Shown here: piece after piece, positions 21,406 to 31,911 of the stretch
Layout: every line of letters starts with the position of its first letter
Position numbering within the stretch: position 1 is the first letter of the stretch
NCBI GenBank assembly: GCA_965277405.1
Contig: OZ255726.1
Coordinates: 1,056,001 to 1,120,000, forward strand
Origin: Gammaproteobacteria bacterium
Lineage (GTDB): Bacteria; Pseudomonadota; Gammaproteobacteria; G965277405
DNA length: 64,000 bases
Direction: 5' to 3'
Made by a program: the position numbers and the translations under genes
The notes under the pieces: model-generated
What the model saw: only the letters and a program-made list of their open reading frames with translations
Databases searched by the model: none
What the model was told of the DNA's origin: nothing

Positions 21406-22339
21406 GGAAGCTCTGATTAAGTCGCTATTGTTTTATCTGTAAATGCTCGATACTTTCACTGCTGCGAAATTGCGTTGCTAACAGTAATAGCATCTGTGAG
21501 GGCGTGGGGGTCGTGGGTGCGGATAACGCGTGCGCCGTGCTGGACGGCATATAGCTCTGCCGCAAGTGTTGCGGCTTGGCGTTGATGTATCGGTCGGTTG
21601 GTGAGTGCGGCGAGGAGTGATTTTCGGGAAACACCAATCATAACTCCAGCTATTTCTGGATGGAGGGTCGCCAGCTTTGTTATCTGTTGCAGTAGCTTGA
21701 TGTTGTGATTTGGGCGTTTACCAAAACCGATGCCAGGATCAATCGTTATCCGTTGTGCTTCGATGCCCACGGCAATGCAGCGGATTATTGTCTGTTGCAA
21801 AAATGCGCAGACCTCGTTGACAACGTCGGTATATTGTGGCTCGTTTTGCATGGTTGGCGGGCTGCCTTGCATGTGCATCAAGCAAAGACCTGCTTTGTTG
21901 TTATGTCTGGCTATAATCTGTAGTGCGCTGTGTTTGGCAAGCGCACGGACATCATTAATGGCAATAACACCGGCATCAAGCGCGAGCTGGATGAGTTGTG
22001 GATTACTGGTATCTACTGACACGGGAATTGATTCTGCCAGCAATGCTTCGACAACTGGCATGACTCTGTCTATTTCTGCTGCACTGGCAACAGGCGAGGC
22101 GTTGGGTCGGGTGGATTCGCCGCCAACATCAATTATATCTGCACCGTGTAACGGTTGCACAGCATACATTGCACAGGCGTGATCGACGGCTTGGTTGAGC
22201 GAATTATATTTGCCGCCATCAGAAAATGAATCTGGTGTAACGTTGCAAATAGCTAGAATAGTTGGTGATGTTTTGAAGCGAATATCGCCACAATGCCATG
22301 TGTTCATGTGCGCGTGCTGGTGTGTTAGTCAGAGCTTCC
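21406..22339. mobile_element. Putative transposase-less cassette: IS5-type TIRs enclosing folP
   Basis: Left TIR GGAAGCTCTGATTAA at 21406-21420, right TIR TTAGTCAGAGCTTCC at 22325-22339, TTAG direct repeats at 21402-21405 and 22340-22343. Confidence 0.65.
21456..22307 (-). CDS. folP: Dihydropteroate synthase
   Basis: NVTPDSFSDGG, DVGGESTRP, SVDT, INDV, DPGIGFGK, GVSRKS, IRTHD. Confidence 0.95.
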   Translation of the reverse strand: MNTWHCGDIRFKTSPTILAICNVTPDSFSDGGKYNSLNQAVDHACAMYAVQPLHGADIIDVGGESTRPNASPVASAAEIDRVMPVVEALLAESIPVSVDTSNPQLIQLALDAGVIAINDVRALAKHSALQIIARHNNKAGLCLMHMQGSPPTMQNEPQYTDVVNEVCAFLQQTIIRCIAVGIEAQRITIDPGIGFGKRPNHNIKLLQQITKLATLHPEIAGVMIGVSRKSLLAALTNRPIHQRQAATLAAELYAVQHGARVIRTHDPHALTDAITVSNAISQQ

Positions 22340-22343
22340 TTAG

Positions 22344-22628
22344 TAACCTCTGATTAAGTCGCTGATGGAGCGAGTTTGCCTGCAATTGCTGATGATTGCA
22401 AGGCGCATCCCGCAGGCGCATGCCGTAGCATATACGCCAAGGGATGCAACACAGCAAGCGCAGCAATTGCAGCAAACCGTTATATATTCAACAGAAGGAC
22501 GGGAAAAAACGCTGCGCTAACGTCGTTGCAGCACTTGATAATACTACCAGTATTATCTGCGCACTGCGTCTAGTTATCATCAGCGTTTTTTCTCCGTCTC
22601 GCCCATCATGGACTTAATCAGAGCTTCC
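22344..22628 (-). mobile_element. MITE, full copy 2 (reverse orientation)
   Basis: Reverse complement of copy 1, with TTAG on both sides (22340-22343, 22629-22632). The right TTAG contains the aroB stop codon. The left boundary is uncertain by 1 bp. Confidence 0.92.
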
Positions 22629-23705
22629 TTAGGCGGATGCGTGGGTATGTTGTGCTAAAAATTGTTGCAAGCTAGCTGGTTCATCAATGGTTACAACTTG
22701 GGCATCACCAATTTGTTTGAGGAGAATCAACCGAATGCTGCCAGATCGGCTTTTCTTATCGCGATACATTGCATGCAACATTGTCGGCGCATCAATGCCA
22801 ATAGGCAGCACTGTAGGAATATCAAACAGCTCGAGGGTGGCAATGACGCGGGCAACATCATGCGCTCCAATATATCCAAGCATTTGTGAATACTTTGCCG
22901 CGAGCACCATGCCAATGCCAATAGCATGGCCATGGAGTAATTTGTATTCGCTCCACAGTTCAATTGCATGCCCAAATGTGTGACCAAAATTTAGCAGGGC
23001 GCGCACGCCTGTTTCTGTTTCATCTTTAGCAACAATGTCGGCTTTCATGCTACAGCACGTGGCAATCATCTGCGCCAATATATCTGGTTGCTTAGCAGTA
23101 ATTGCGGCGCAGTTATCGGTCAGCCATTGCAAAAAATCGCTGCTGCCGAGTAAGGCATATTTTACAACTTCTGCCATTCCTGAAATCCACTGATTGTCAG
23201 GAAGCGTTGCGAGGGTGTTGGTGTTAATGGTAACAAGTTTTGGTTGGTTAAACACCCCGAACATATTCTTGCCGAAAGCACTGTTTACCGCTGTTTTACC
23301 GCCGACAGCAGAGTCAACCTGTGCGAGTAACGACGTAGGCATTTGGATATAATCGATGCCACGTTGATATACTGCGGCACAAAAGCCTGCAATATCGCCG
23401 ACGACTCCACCACCTAGCGCAATGACAATCGCGCTGCGATCAACCGTGTGCTGCAACATGAAATCACCAATATTTTCGAGGTATTGGAATGACTTTGTGG
23501 TCTCGCCAGATGGCAGCGTGTATTGCAGCGCGTGAGGGCATCTAGCGATGATGTCTTGTGCGTATAAAGGAGCAACGTTAGTATCGCTAACAAGCACGAC
23601 TTGTCGGTCTTGGGTGAGTTGTGCCAGCGCAGGGGCATCCCAAGCATGCTCGCCTATGTGGATTGGATAGCAGCGCGTGCCTAAATCAACCGTTACTGTG
23701 CGCAT
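22629..23705 (-). CDS. aroB: 3-dehydroquinate synthase
   Basis: ALGGGVVGD, PTSLLAQVDSAVGGKT, LNFGHTFGHAIE, HGHAI, DKK. Confidence 0.96.
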   Translation of the reverse strand: MRTVTVDLGTRCYPIHIGEHAWDAPALAQLTQDRQVVLVSDTNVAPLYAQDIIARCPHALQYTLPSGETTKSFQYLENIGDFMLQHTVDRSAIVIALGGGVVGDIAGFCAAVYQRGIDYIQMPTSLLAQVDSAVGGKTAVNSAFGKNMFGVFNQPKLVTINTNTLATLPDNQWISGMAEVVKYALLGSSDFLQWLTDNCAAITAKQPDILAQMIATCCSMKADIVAKDETETGVRALLNFGHTFGHAIELWSEYKLLHGHAIGIGMVLAAKYSQMLGYIGAHDVARVIATLELFDIPTVLPIGIDAPTMLHAMYRDKKSRSGSIRLILLKQIGDAQVVTIDEPASLQQFLAQHTHASA

Positions 23706-24226
23706 GCAAGGTGGAGTTGCTGGATGATACGAGATGCTGCATGCAGAGGCGTTACGTTCGTTTGCACGAGTTGCCGCGCGAGTGAGCGATACAGCGGGTC
23801 ACGCTCGGCATACATTTGTTGATATGTTTGCCGCGGATTACTGTTTTGCAGCAGTGGGCGGTTTTGGCAATGTTGAATCCGTGCGAACAATACCTGGCAA
23901 TAATCCCAAACATACACCACACGCGGTTGGTTTTGCAGCAGCAATTGGTTGGCGTGAAGTAACGGGGCACCCCCGCCTGTTGCAATAACACAATGCTCAA
24001 TTGTGAGGAGTTCTTGTAAGTACATGTGTTCATATTTTCGAAAACATTGCTCACCTGCTTGGGAAAAAATCGAAGAAACATCGATGCCAAGTTGCTGTTC
24101 AATATAGGCGTCGCAATCATAAAAATCAACGTCAAGCTGTTCGGCAAGTAGTTTGCCAATTGTGGTTTTCCCTGCCCCCATCATCCCGATGAGAACAATC
24201 GGGATGACGCAGGTATCTGCTGTCAT
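23693..24226 (-). CDS. aroK: Shikimate kinase
   Basis: GMMGAGKTT, GE..FR, ATGGG, RPLL; directly upstream of aroB. Confidence 0.93.
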   Translation of the reverse strand: MTADTCVIPIVLIGMMGAGKTTIGKLLAEQLDVDFYDCDAYIEQQLGIDVSSIFSQAGEQCFRKYEHMYLQELLTIEHCVIATGGGAPLLHANQLLLQNQPRVVYVWDYCQVLFARIQHCQNRPLLQNSNPRQTYQQMYAERDPLYRSLARQLVQTNVTPLHAASRIIQQLHLACAQ

Positions 24227-25173
24227 GAACTAGTTGTCTTGGTGCGTATTTCGCGCAGTCGCTGTGTTAAATATTCGCCCGCAGTCATGTTAGAAAATTG
24301 CTTGGGCCTTGTAGCTGTGATGAAGGCATCAAGGCTGCGCAAGTCCATCGACGCAATTGGGTGGAAAAAAAATGGTAATGAATATCTTGAAGTATGCCAG
24401 AGACGACGCGGTGGGTTGATGACGCGGTGAGTCGTAGAAGGCAAATACCCATTGGTCAAGCGTTGCAGCATATCGCCAACATTGACGATGAGATATCCAC
24501 TTGGTGTGTCGATGTCATACCAAGCACCTGTAGTATCACATACTTGCAGCCCAGTTGCTGATGCTCCTACGAGCAACGTGATGAGATTTATATCTTCATG
24601 CGCAGCAGCGCGAATAGCATCTTGTGGCTCGCTGGTAATCGGTGGGTAGTGGATGGCGCGCAGCAGGCTTAGCCCTGCGGTAATAAATTGAGAAAAATAC
24701 TGCTGCGGCAGTTTTAAAAACAGCGCTGTTGCCTCCATGAGTGCAATAGCCGTCTGTTCCAAAGCTACAAATGTTCGTTGTAAAGTTGAGGTAAATGCAG
24801 GAAGTTCTGCAACGTTTATATTGGATAAAGTGCTGGTGTCGGTTGCACGACCATGATGCCAAAATTCTTTAATATCTGCTACCGTGCCGCCTTTTGCTTG
24901 TTCTGACCATAGGCGGTTATAGCCGCGTTGACCGGCAATATCTGGAATCGCATACTGTTCTTTGATATCATCTGCCAATGCAAAAAACTGTTGTATTTGT
25001 GCATGTACCTCGTGCTGTAGCTGCTCGCTTAGGCTGCCGCCTTTAATTGCAGCAAAGCCGATATTGACAAATGAGTCACCGATTTCCTGCACAAATTCAG
25101 CGCGTTTTGTAGCATTGCCGCAGATAAAGTCATCAAGATTGACTGCAGCAATAGGTAATGTAGATTCAGACAT
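24223..25173 (-). CDS. 2-oxoglutarate/Fe(II) oxygenase, isopenicillin N synthase family
   Basis: HEDINLIT, NVGDMLQRLTNG, STTHRV, RYS motif. Confidence 0.88.
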   Translation of the reverse strand: MSESTLPIAAVNLDDFICGNATKRAEFVQEIGDSFVNIGFAAIKGGSLSEQLQHEVHAQIQQFFALADDIKEQYAIPDIAGQRGYNRLWSEQAKGGTVADIKEFWHHGRATDTSTLSNINVAELPAFTSTLQRTFVALEQTAIALMEATALFLKLPQQYFSQFITAGLSLLRAIHYPPITSEPQDAIRAAAHEDINLITLLVGASATGLQVCDTTGAWYDIDTPSGYLIVNVGDMLQRLTNGYLPSTTHRVINPPRRLWHTSRYSLPFFFHPIASMDLRSLDAFITATRPKQFSNMTAGEYLTQRLREIRTKTTSS

Positions 25174-25456
25174 GCGGTGCAGTATAAAACACAATATGAA
25201 TTAGATAAGCTTAAAACCGAATAAATAAAGCTATTGCGCTTGATTGCAACCTTGCTGTGGTAAATGTGCTATGCGTGTCTTGTATGTTTTCGCATTACGG
25301 TAATGCGCGGGCTGCTTTAACAAAATATTTGCAGCAACTTGGCGTTGCGAATATCGTCAAAAAATAAAAAACGCTGCGTTAGCAGTTGAAACCCGTGGCA
25401 TGTTAGTCTACGGTTATTTGCTTATTCAGCACATTAACTCAAACGCTGGCGCGTGT

Positions 25457-25882
25457 TCATCCACCCATTTGTGAATCCATCGCCGCGCTATCTACAACAA
25501 AATTTTCGCCAGAATGGCGTATATAAAAACAATGTGGACGCCCAGTATGGCAGGCCCCACCCGTTTGTAAAACTAAGCAAAGGATGGTATCGCCATCGCA
25601 GTCAATGCGCAATTCCTTGAGATGTTGATGGTGACCGCTGGTTTCTCCCTTACACCAGAGTTTGTTGCGCGAGCGTGAGAAATAGGTGATTCTTCCCGTA
25701 TCGATCGTGGTCGTTAACGCATGTTTGTTCATCCATGCCAGCATTAAAACTTGCATGGTGGAAGCATCTTGGGCAATGACAGGAATCAAGCCAGCGCTAT
25801 TCCATTTGATTGCGGATATAACATCTGCTTGCGCCAATGCTGTGTATTCTGCCGCTTGCTCAAATTCCAAGAATGTAGCCAT
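25457..25882 (-). CDS. hisI: Phosphoribosyl-AMP cyclohydrolase
   Basis: SRSR.KLW.KGETSG, DCDGD, ACHTG..CF. Confidence 0.95.
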   Translation of the reverse strand: MATFLEFEQAAEYTALAQADVISAIKWNSAGLIPVIAQDASTMQVLMLAWMNKHALTTTIDTGRITYFSRSRNKLWCKGETSGHHQHLKELRIDCDGDTILCLVLQTGGACHTGRPHCFYIRHSGENFVVDSAAMDSQMGG

Positions 25883-27393
25883 TATTGTAGAAACAAGGTG
25901 TATGCAGCATTGCGGGTTTCTTCGATGTATTTGTACCCAGTTGTGTTGAGTATGGTGCTAAATTCTTGTTTGCTGATATTACTGGTATCAAAACCCATCA
26001 AAATCTGACTAAAAGCGGCACCGTGGTTGCGGTAGTGAAACATGGTGATGTTGACCTTGCTGGTGCTAATTACTGATAAAAAATTAACAAGTGCGCTCGG
26101 GCGTTCAGGAAATTCAAAATGGTAGACTGATTCTTGTTGAATATACTCAGGCTTGCGACCACCAATCATGTAACGCAAATGGGTTTTTGCCAAGTCATTA
26201 TCGGTTAGATTGGTGACGGCATATCCTTGTTGCTGTAATGCATCAATCAACTCGTCTATGCTTTCTGTAACGCGAACCCCAATAAAAATTTCTGCTTGTG
26301 TGTTGGATTGGTAGCGATAGTTGAACTCGGTGATATTGCGGTTATGCAAGGTTTTGCAAAATCTATTTAAGCTCCCCGCACTTTCTGGCAGTTGCACCGC
26401 CAACAATGCTTCTGATTTTTCACCGACTTCAGCGCGCTCGGCGATATAGCGCAACCGCAAGAAATTGGTATTTGCGCCGCTACTTATGCCAAATAACTGT
26501 TCGCCTGTTACTCCACGCTGGGTAATATATTTTTTAATCCCCGCAACTGCTAATGCACCTGAAGGCTCACTAGTGATGCGTAAATCGTCGAACATATCGT
26601 TCACGGCAGCGCATATTTCATCAACAGACACGGTAATGACTTCATCGACAAATTTTTTGCAAAGCGCAAATGGATGTTTGCCAACTTGTTTTACCGCCAC
26701 ACCATCAGCGAATAGACCTACTTGCTTGAGGGTGACACGGCGACCTGCAGCAAGTGCTTGTTGCATACTGTTGGCATCTTCTGGTTCTACGCCGATCACT
26801 CGAATATTTGGATTGATTTGTTTGACGACGACTGCGATTCCTGCCAACAACCCGCCGCCACCCACAGGCACAAAAATGGCATCAATTGTATTCCCGTGTG
26901 AGCGCAGTAGTTCCAGACCAACGGTGGCTTGACCTGCAATAACATCAGGATCGTCGAATGGCGGGATATATACATTATTATTCTTTTTGACAATCGACTG
27001 CGCGTAAGTAAACGCTTGGTCAAAGTCATCACCATGCTGCACGATATGTCCGCCAAGTGCGCGTACAGAACGCACCTTGGTGTCTGGAGTTGTTTTTGGC
27101 ATCACTATTGTTGCTTTAATACCAAAATGTTTGGCTGCATATGCGACACCTTGGGCGTGGTTGCCTGCTGATGCGGTTACAATACCGCGGGCATGTTCTG
27201 CAGCAGAGAGTTGCGCTATTTTGTTATACGCGCCGCGAATTTTGAAGCAGAAAATAGGCTGCATGTCTTCGCGTTTTAAATAAATAGCATTCTCAAATTT
27301 TTTTGAGAGGTGGGGCATTGGGTGGACAGGTGTTTCGTGCGCGACATCATATACTCGAGAAAGAAGCGCTTTTTTTACGTAATCGTACGACAT
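25882..27393 (-). CDS. ilvA: Threonine ammonia-lyase, biosynthetic
   Basis: [29 protein letters not shown], two regulatory domains (FHYRNHG). Start moved to 27393 to avoid overlapping rpiA. Confidence 0.96.
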   Translation of the reverse strand: MSYDYVKKALLSRVYDVAHETPVHPMPHLSKKFENAIYLKREDMQPIFCFKIRGAYNKIAQLSAAEHARGIVTASAGNHAQGVAYAAKHFGIKATIVMPKTTPDTKVRSVRALGGHIVQHGDDFDQAFTYAQSIVKKNNNVYIPPFDDPDVIAGQATVGLELLRSHGNTIDAIFVPVGGGGLLAGIAVVVKQINPNIRVIGVEPEDANSMQQALAAGRRVTLKQVGLFADGVAVKQVGKHPFALCKKFVDEVITVSVDEICAAVNDMFDDLRITSEPSGALAVAGIKKYITQRGVTGEQLFGISSGANTNFLRLRYIAERAEVGEKSEALLAVQLPESAGSLNRFCKTLHNRNITEFNYRYQSNTQAEIFIGVRVTESIDELIDALQQQGYAVTNLTDNDLAKTHLRYMIGGRKPEYIQQESVYHFEFPERPSALVNFLSVISTSKVNITMFHYRNHGAAFSQILMGFDTSNISKQEFSTILNTTGYKYIEETRNAAYTLFLQ

Positions 27394-27440
27394 GTAAATG
27401 CAGATATGTAAGAGTATGGAAAATACTGAACGAATGAAAT

Positions 27441-28142
27441 ATGAATGAGCAACATAAGCAAAAAATGCTAGCCGCACAAGTAGCGATTGCATATCTTCAA
27501 AATCAACTTGCAGCCAAGCCGCTTGTCATAGGAGTTGGCACTGGGTCAACAGTTGGGTGTTTTATCGAACAACTCCAACCATTTGCAGCATCAATTGAGA
27601 GTATTGTTGCAAGCTCTGAACATAGTAAACAGCAATTACGCAAATACGGATTTGCTCCTGTTTCGCTGAACCAAGTCAGTAACATTGACTGTTATATTGA
27701 TGGCGCGGATGAGATAAATACTCATGGGCAGATGATAAAAGGCGGTGGTGGTGCATTGACGGGAGAAAAGCTATTGGCAAGCATGTGCCAGCAGTTTATT
27801 TGTATGGTTGATCAGTCAAAAGTTGTGCAAAACTTAGGGCAGTTTCCTGTTGCTGTTGAAGTGCTACAAGAGGCCAGAAGCATGGTTGCACGCAAATTAG
27901 TAGCTGAATTCAATGCCGACCCTATATACCGTCAAGGATTTATTAGTGATAATAACAATGTGATACTTGACGTCCATCATCTTGATTTAACTGATCCTAG
28001 CAACATAGAAATGCGTTTAAAAGCGATGACTGGTGTTGTAGAAAGCGGGATATTTTCTATATATCGTGCTGATACCACTTTTATCGCAACGCGTACTGGG
28101 ATAGAGCAGAAAACTTATACTGAAACACACAATGCAGATTGA
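27441..28142 (+). CDS. rpiA: Ribose-5-phosphate isomerase A
   Basis: GVGTGST, DGADE, KGGGGAL; divergent from ilvA. Confidence 0.96.
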   Translation: MNEQHKQKMLAAQVAIAYLQNQLAAKPLVIGVGTGSTVGCFIEQLQPFAASIESIVASSEHSKQQLRKYGFAPVSLNQVSNIDCYIDGADEINTHGQMIKGGGGALTGEKLLASMCQQFICMVDQSKVVQNLGQFPVAVEVLQEARSMVARKLVAEFNADPIYRQGFISDNNNVILDVHHLDLTDPSNIEMRLKAMTGVVESGIFSIYRADTTFIATRTGIEQKTYTETHNAD

Positions 28143-28584
28143 ATATCAAATTCTTGACCCGCGCATTGGCAATGAATTTCCAATCCCAACATACGCAACT
28201 GCTGGCGCTGCTGGTTTGGATTTAGTTGCCTGTATTGATACCCAGTTAATATTGCAACCCAATAGTAAGGCGGAGCTGGTGTCAAGCGGGATTGCCATTC
28301 ATATTAATAATGTGGCATATGCGGCAGTTATATTACCACGCTCAGGTCAAGGGCATACACGTGGTTTGGTATTAGGAAATGGTGTTGGTTTGATAGATTC
28401 TGACTACCAAGGCACATTATTTATTTCGTGTTGGAACAGAGGTCAGTCTATAGTAGCTATTCAACCAGGAGAACGCATTGCGCAATTAGTATTTATTGCG
28501 GTATGTCAAGCTGAACTCAGTAACGTCAACAGATTTACCCCAAGCATGCGAGCAGGTGGTGGGTTTGGTCATACAGGGGAGTAA
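28132..28584 (+). CDS. dut: dUTP diphosphatase
   Basis: [32 protein letters not shown]. Confidence 0.97.
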   Translation: MQIEYQILDPRIGNEFPIPTYATAGAAGLDLVACIDTQLILQPNSKAELVSSGIAIHINNVAYAAVILPRSGQGHTRGLVLGNGVGLIDSDYQGTLFISCWNRGQSIVAIQPGERIAQLVFIAVCQAELSNVNRFTPSMRAGGGFGHTGE

Positions 28585-28585
28585 C

Positions 28586-29635
28586 ATGCAGACGCAAGCA
28601 ATAATTATTAACAGGTATGGTTCTGTTGTTGAAATCACCCTGAATCGCCCACGAGTTCATAATGTCCTCAATATGGACATGGTCGAAACATTGATCGAAG
28701 TCCTTAAACAATGCCGCGATGATTCGACCATACATTGCCTGTTGATTCGCGGCAAAGGTGCTAAGGCATTTTGTGCAGGTGGTGATGTTCGTAGCGCGTA
28801 TGATGCTTGGGAAGCACAAGAGTATGCGAAAACCTTAGCGCTTTTTGAGGCGGAATACCGGCTCAATAAAATAATTTATGAATACCACAAGCTAATTATC
28901 GTATGGGCGAATGGGATAACAATGGGCGGTGGTCTGGGTATATTACAAAGCGCACGCATTCGCATCATTACGCCTGAAACATTGATTGCAATGCCAGAAA
29001 TTCATATTGGTTTGATACCAGATGTTGGTGCTGCCCAGTTTTTAAATGCAACGCGTAAACGGCTCGGGCGCTATTTGGCGTTGACAGGCGATACCATCAG
29101 TGCTGCTGATGCAATTTATCTGGGCTTGGCGAATTGGTGTGTAGAGCATAATAAATATGCTGGCTTTCGTACCGCATTGAGCAAATTTGATTGGATGGCG
29201 CATAAGCGTGACGAAGCGTTGAGCTTAGATGCGATGCTCGAGCGTCGCATGGTAAAACTTCCGCTTAGTCAAATTGAAAAACACAGTAGTATATTAGTAG
29301 AAATAATGAACAACACCGATATTGCTATTGTGATTGAAGCATTCAAGCAAGCAGCTGAAGCGTCGCCATTCTTACAAAAAGGGCTACGAAAAATGCGCTA
29401 TGGTTCACCACTTGCCTTGTCGCTGACATGGGAGCATTTACGCATGAAGCACAAGCATTGTTTTAATAAAGTTGCAGCACTAGCCGCAGATTATACCGTG
29501 ATAAAAAGCTTGTTAGAATGTGGTGAGTTTTCAGAAGGGGTGCGTGCATTATTAGTGGATAAAGATCGTAACCCCCAGTGGTCAATGGTAGCGAATGAGC
29601 TGGCGTCATTTAGTAATAGTCGTAGAGAAAAATGA
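28586..29635 (+). CDS. 3-hydroxyisobutyryl-CoA hydrolase-like enoyl-CoA hydratase family protein
   Basis: LNRP, AFCAGGD, MGGGLG, AMPE..IGLIPDVG, EGVRALLVDKDRNPQW. Confidence 0.88.
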   Translation: MQTQAIIINRYGSVVEITLNRPRVHNVLNMDMVETLIEVLKQCRDDSTIHCLLIRGKGAKAFCAGGDVRSAYDAWEAQEYAKTLALFEAEYRLNKIIYEYHKLIIVWANGITMGGGLGILQSARIRIITPETLIAMPEIHIGLIPDVGAAQFLNATRKRLGRYLALTGDTISAADAIYLGLANWCVEHNKYAGFRTALSKFDWMAHKRDEALSLDAMLERRMVKLPLSQIEKHSSILVEIMNNTDIAIVIEAFKQAAEASPFLQKGLRKMRYGSPLALSLTWEHLRMKHKHCFNKVAALAADYTVIKSLLECGEFSEGVRALLVDKDRNPQWSMVANELASFSNSRREK

Positions 29636-30141
29636 ACCATGCGCAGTTACAAGCTGATAAAAGTACCGCTGTGCATCACAAACTGAGGAGTGCGCTTAGT
29701 ACCTTTGCAACTGGTGTTTGTGTTGTCACATGCAGTGATGGCAACAGTGATTATGGCATGACATGCAACAGCTTTACTTCGGTGTCATTAAACCCAGCAA
29801 AAGTATTATGGTGTATTGATAATACAACATTGTATTATGAATCTTTTCATCATGCCCTTGGATATTGCGTGAATGTATTATCGCTTGAGCAGCATCACCT
29901 TGTAGAAAAATTCGCCCACGGTGATCACGCCCAACGCTTTGCTGGAGTGCCGGTAACTAGGCTTGCTTCAGGACGGTTGCAAATAGATGGTGCAGTTGCT
30001 TGGTTTGACTGCACGCTTGAGCGTGCAATTCCTGCTGGTGACCACCATGTTCTACTTGCCAATATCGACGCATTCTCACAAAAAGCCGGCGAGTTGTTAG
30101 TGTTTGGTCATAGTAAATTAGGCTGTTTGCGCAATCTCTGA
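29632..30141 (+). CDS. Flavin reductase family protein
   Basis: FATGVCVVT, NSFTSVSL.P, GDH. Confidence 0.9.
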   Translation: MNHAQLQADKSTAVHHKLRSALSTFATGVCVVTCSDGNSDYGMTCNSFTSVSLNPAKVLWCIDNTTLYYESFHHALGYCVNVLSLEQHHLVEKFAHGDHAQRFAGVPVTRLASGRLQIDGAVAWFDCTLERAIPAGDHHVLLANIDAFSQKAGELLVFGHSKLGCLRNL

Positions 30142-30334
30142 AACCGCTGATGACGTTATTAATCAGTGCGTGTATTATATATCCTGTCATCCTGCAAAAA
30201 CACGTTGCTACGCTACTGATATTGCAACTGTAAAAATCATATAAACAATCCTCGCCGTCTGTTGTTGTTGGCGATAGAATATTGAGTAATTATTTGTTTT
30301 GTTAATTGTCTGAATTCTAAATAGAGGGTGTAAT

Positions 30335-31672
30335 ATGAACACAGAGCAGCAACGTGATTTAGCAATGCATTTGACACCATTTAGCAACTGGCATCAAGAT
30401 CAACAGCGTGGTGGGCGCCGCGTCATTGTTCGCGGTGAAGGCGTGTATGTATATGATGCTGCAGGCAATCAATTCATTGATGGGATGTCAGGGCTATGGA
30501 CGAATATGCTTGGTCACTCCAATACACAGGTCATCAATGCCGCCATTCAACAATTGCAACAATTACCGTTTTACAACACTTTTTTTAACACAACCAACCC
30601 GCCAATTGCTGAGCTTTCACGCCTGCTTAGCGAAGTAACACCACCACAATTCTCACACTTTATCTATGGCTGCAGCGGCTCGGATGCAATCGATACAATG
30701 TATAAAGTTGTCCGTGCGTATTGGCAAGGTCGCGGTAATAGCGACAAACGCATAATTGTTGCGCGTAAAAACGCCTATCATGGATCGAGTGTATTTGGTG
30801 CCGCGCTTGGGGGCATGCAGCCGATGAATGACCTCACGGCAACATTCGACATCATTCGCCACATCAATCAACCGTATACCTTTGGCGCAGGAGTTGCTTA
30901 TAACGATGCGGATTTTGGGCTAGCGATGGCTGCAGAATTGCAGCAACTCGTCGATACAGTGGGTGCAAATACTATCGCGGCATTTGTCGGTGAGCCAGTA
31001 CAAGGTGCTGGCGGGGTGATTGTTCCCCCAGAAAACTACTGGCCAGCAATCGAAAAAATTTGTCGCAGCAATGATATTTTGCTCGTCTGCGATGAAGTTA
31101 TCACCGGATTTGGCAGGACCGGGAAATGGTTTGGCCATCAACACTATGGCATCAACCCAGATATTCTTACTATTGCAAAAGCCTTGAGCGCGGGCTATTT
31201 TCCTATTTCTGCCGTTGCCATTAACGATACTGTCGCTGCCGTTGTTTTGGATATAGATAACGAGTTTGCCCATGGTTATACATGGTCTGGTCACCCAGTA
31301 ATGGCCGCAGCTGCTTGCGCGAGCGTTGCGTATTGTCTTGAACATAACATCCCCGCAATGGCAGCGCAACAAGGTAAAGTATACGGTCAGCACTTAGAGA
31401 CACTGTTGCAATATCCGCTCGTTGGTGAAGTGCGTAACCTTGGGTTGATGGGTGCAATTGAGCTGGTGAAAAATAAGAAAAGTTGCGACAGGTTCGAGAC
31501 AAAAATTGGCAGCGAATGCCGCGATTTGTTGTTCGAGCATGGAGTGATTATGCGCTCATGCGGCGAAGTCATTGTTAGTGCTCCGCCTGCCACCATAACT
31601 GCTGGTGAGCTTGAAGCAATGTTCAAGGCTGTGCATACTGTTTTGCGGATGTTGAGCGATAAATATTGCTAA
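30335..31672 (+). CDS. Class III omega-aminotransferase (SpuC-like putrescine/omega-amine:pyruvate)
   Basis: DGMSGLW, SGSDA, AYHGS, EPVQGAGGVIVP, DEVITGFGRTG, AKALSAGY, HGYTWSGHP. Confidence 0.88.
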   Translation: MNTEQQRDLAMHLTPFSNWHQDQQRGGRRVIVRGEGVYVYDAAGNQFIDGMSGLWTNMLGHSNTQVINAAIQQLQQLPFYNTFFNTTNPPIAELSRLLSEVTPPQFSHFIYGCSGSDAIDTMYKVVRAYWQGRGNSDKRIIVARKNAYHGSSVFGAALGGMQPMNDLTATFDIIRHINQPYTFGAGVAYNDADFGLAMAAELQQLVDTVGANTIAAFVGEPVQGAGGVIVPPENYWPAIEKICRSNDILLVCDEVITGFGRTGKWFGHQHYGINPDILTIAKALSAGYFPISAVAINDTVAAVVLDIDNEFAHGYTWSGHPVMAAAACASVAYCLEHNIPAMAAQQGKVYGQHLETLLQYPLVGEVRNLGLMGAIELVKNKKSCDRFETKIGSECRDLLFEHGVIMRSCGEVIVSAPPATITAGELEAMFKAVHTVLRMLSDKYC

Positions 31673-31911
31673 GTACGCGCTGATGCAAGCGCCGGTGAGA
31701 TTTTTTGTCCGCTACAACGCAGTGAAGCAAGACACCAGTCAACGCTTATGCCATCCACTCTGATGACATTGCGCTGGCGGTGTGACGCTATACAGCGCTG
31801 GATACGCTACTATAACAGCTTGCTGCGAGAGAGATAACCACACAATGCGATACAGTCTTGGTATGCACCTTAGGTCGTATCAGCCCCTCTAATTGCCATT
31901 GTGATTTTAAG

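Noticed and set aside
21456-22307. Mobile sul-type sulfonamide resistance gene
   Set aside because: The motif reads DPGIGFGK as in canonical FolP and lacks the Phe-Gly insertion characteristic of Sul enzymes.
25366-25390. AAAAAACGCTGCGTTAGC similarity to the MITE interior
   Set aside because: Only about 15 bp with no TIR nearby; needs a profile search.
30131-30183. Possible degenerate mini-MITE (CTCTGAAACCGCTGATGA...TTAATCAG)
   Set aside because: Matches are too short and scattered to separate from chance by eye.
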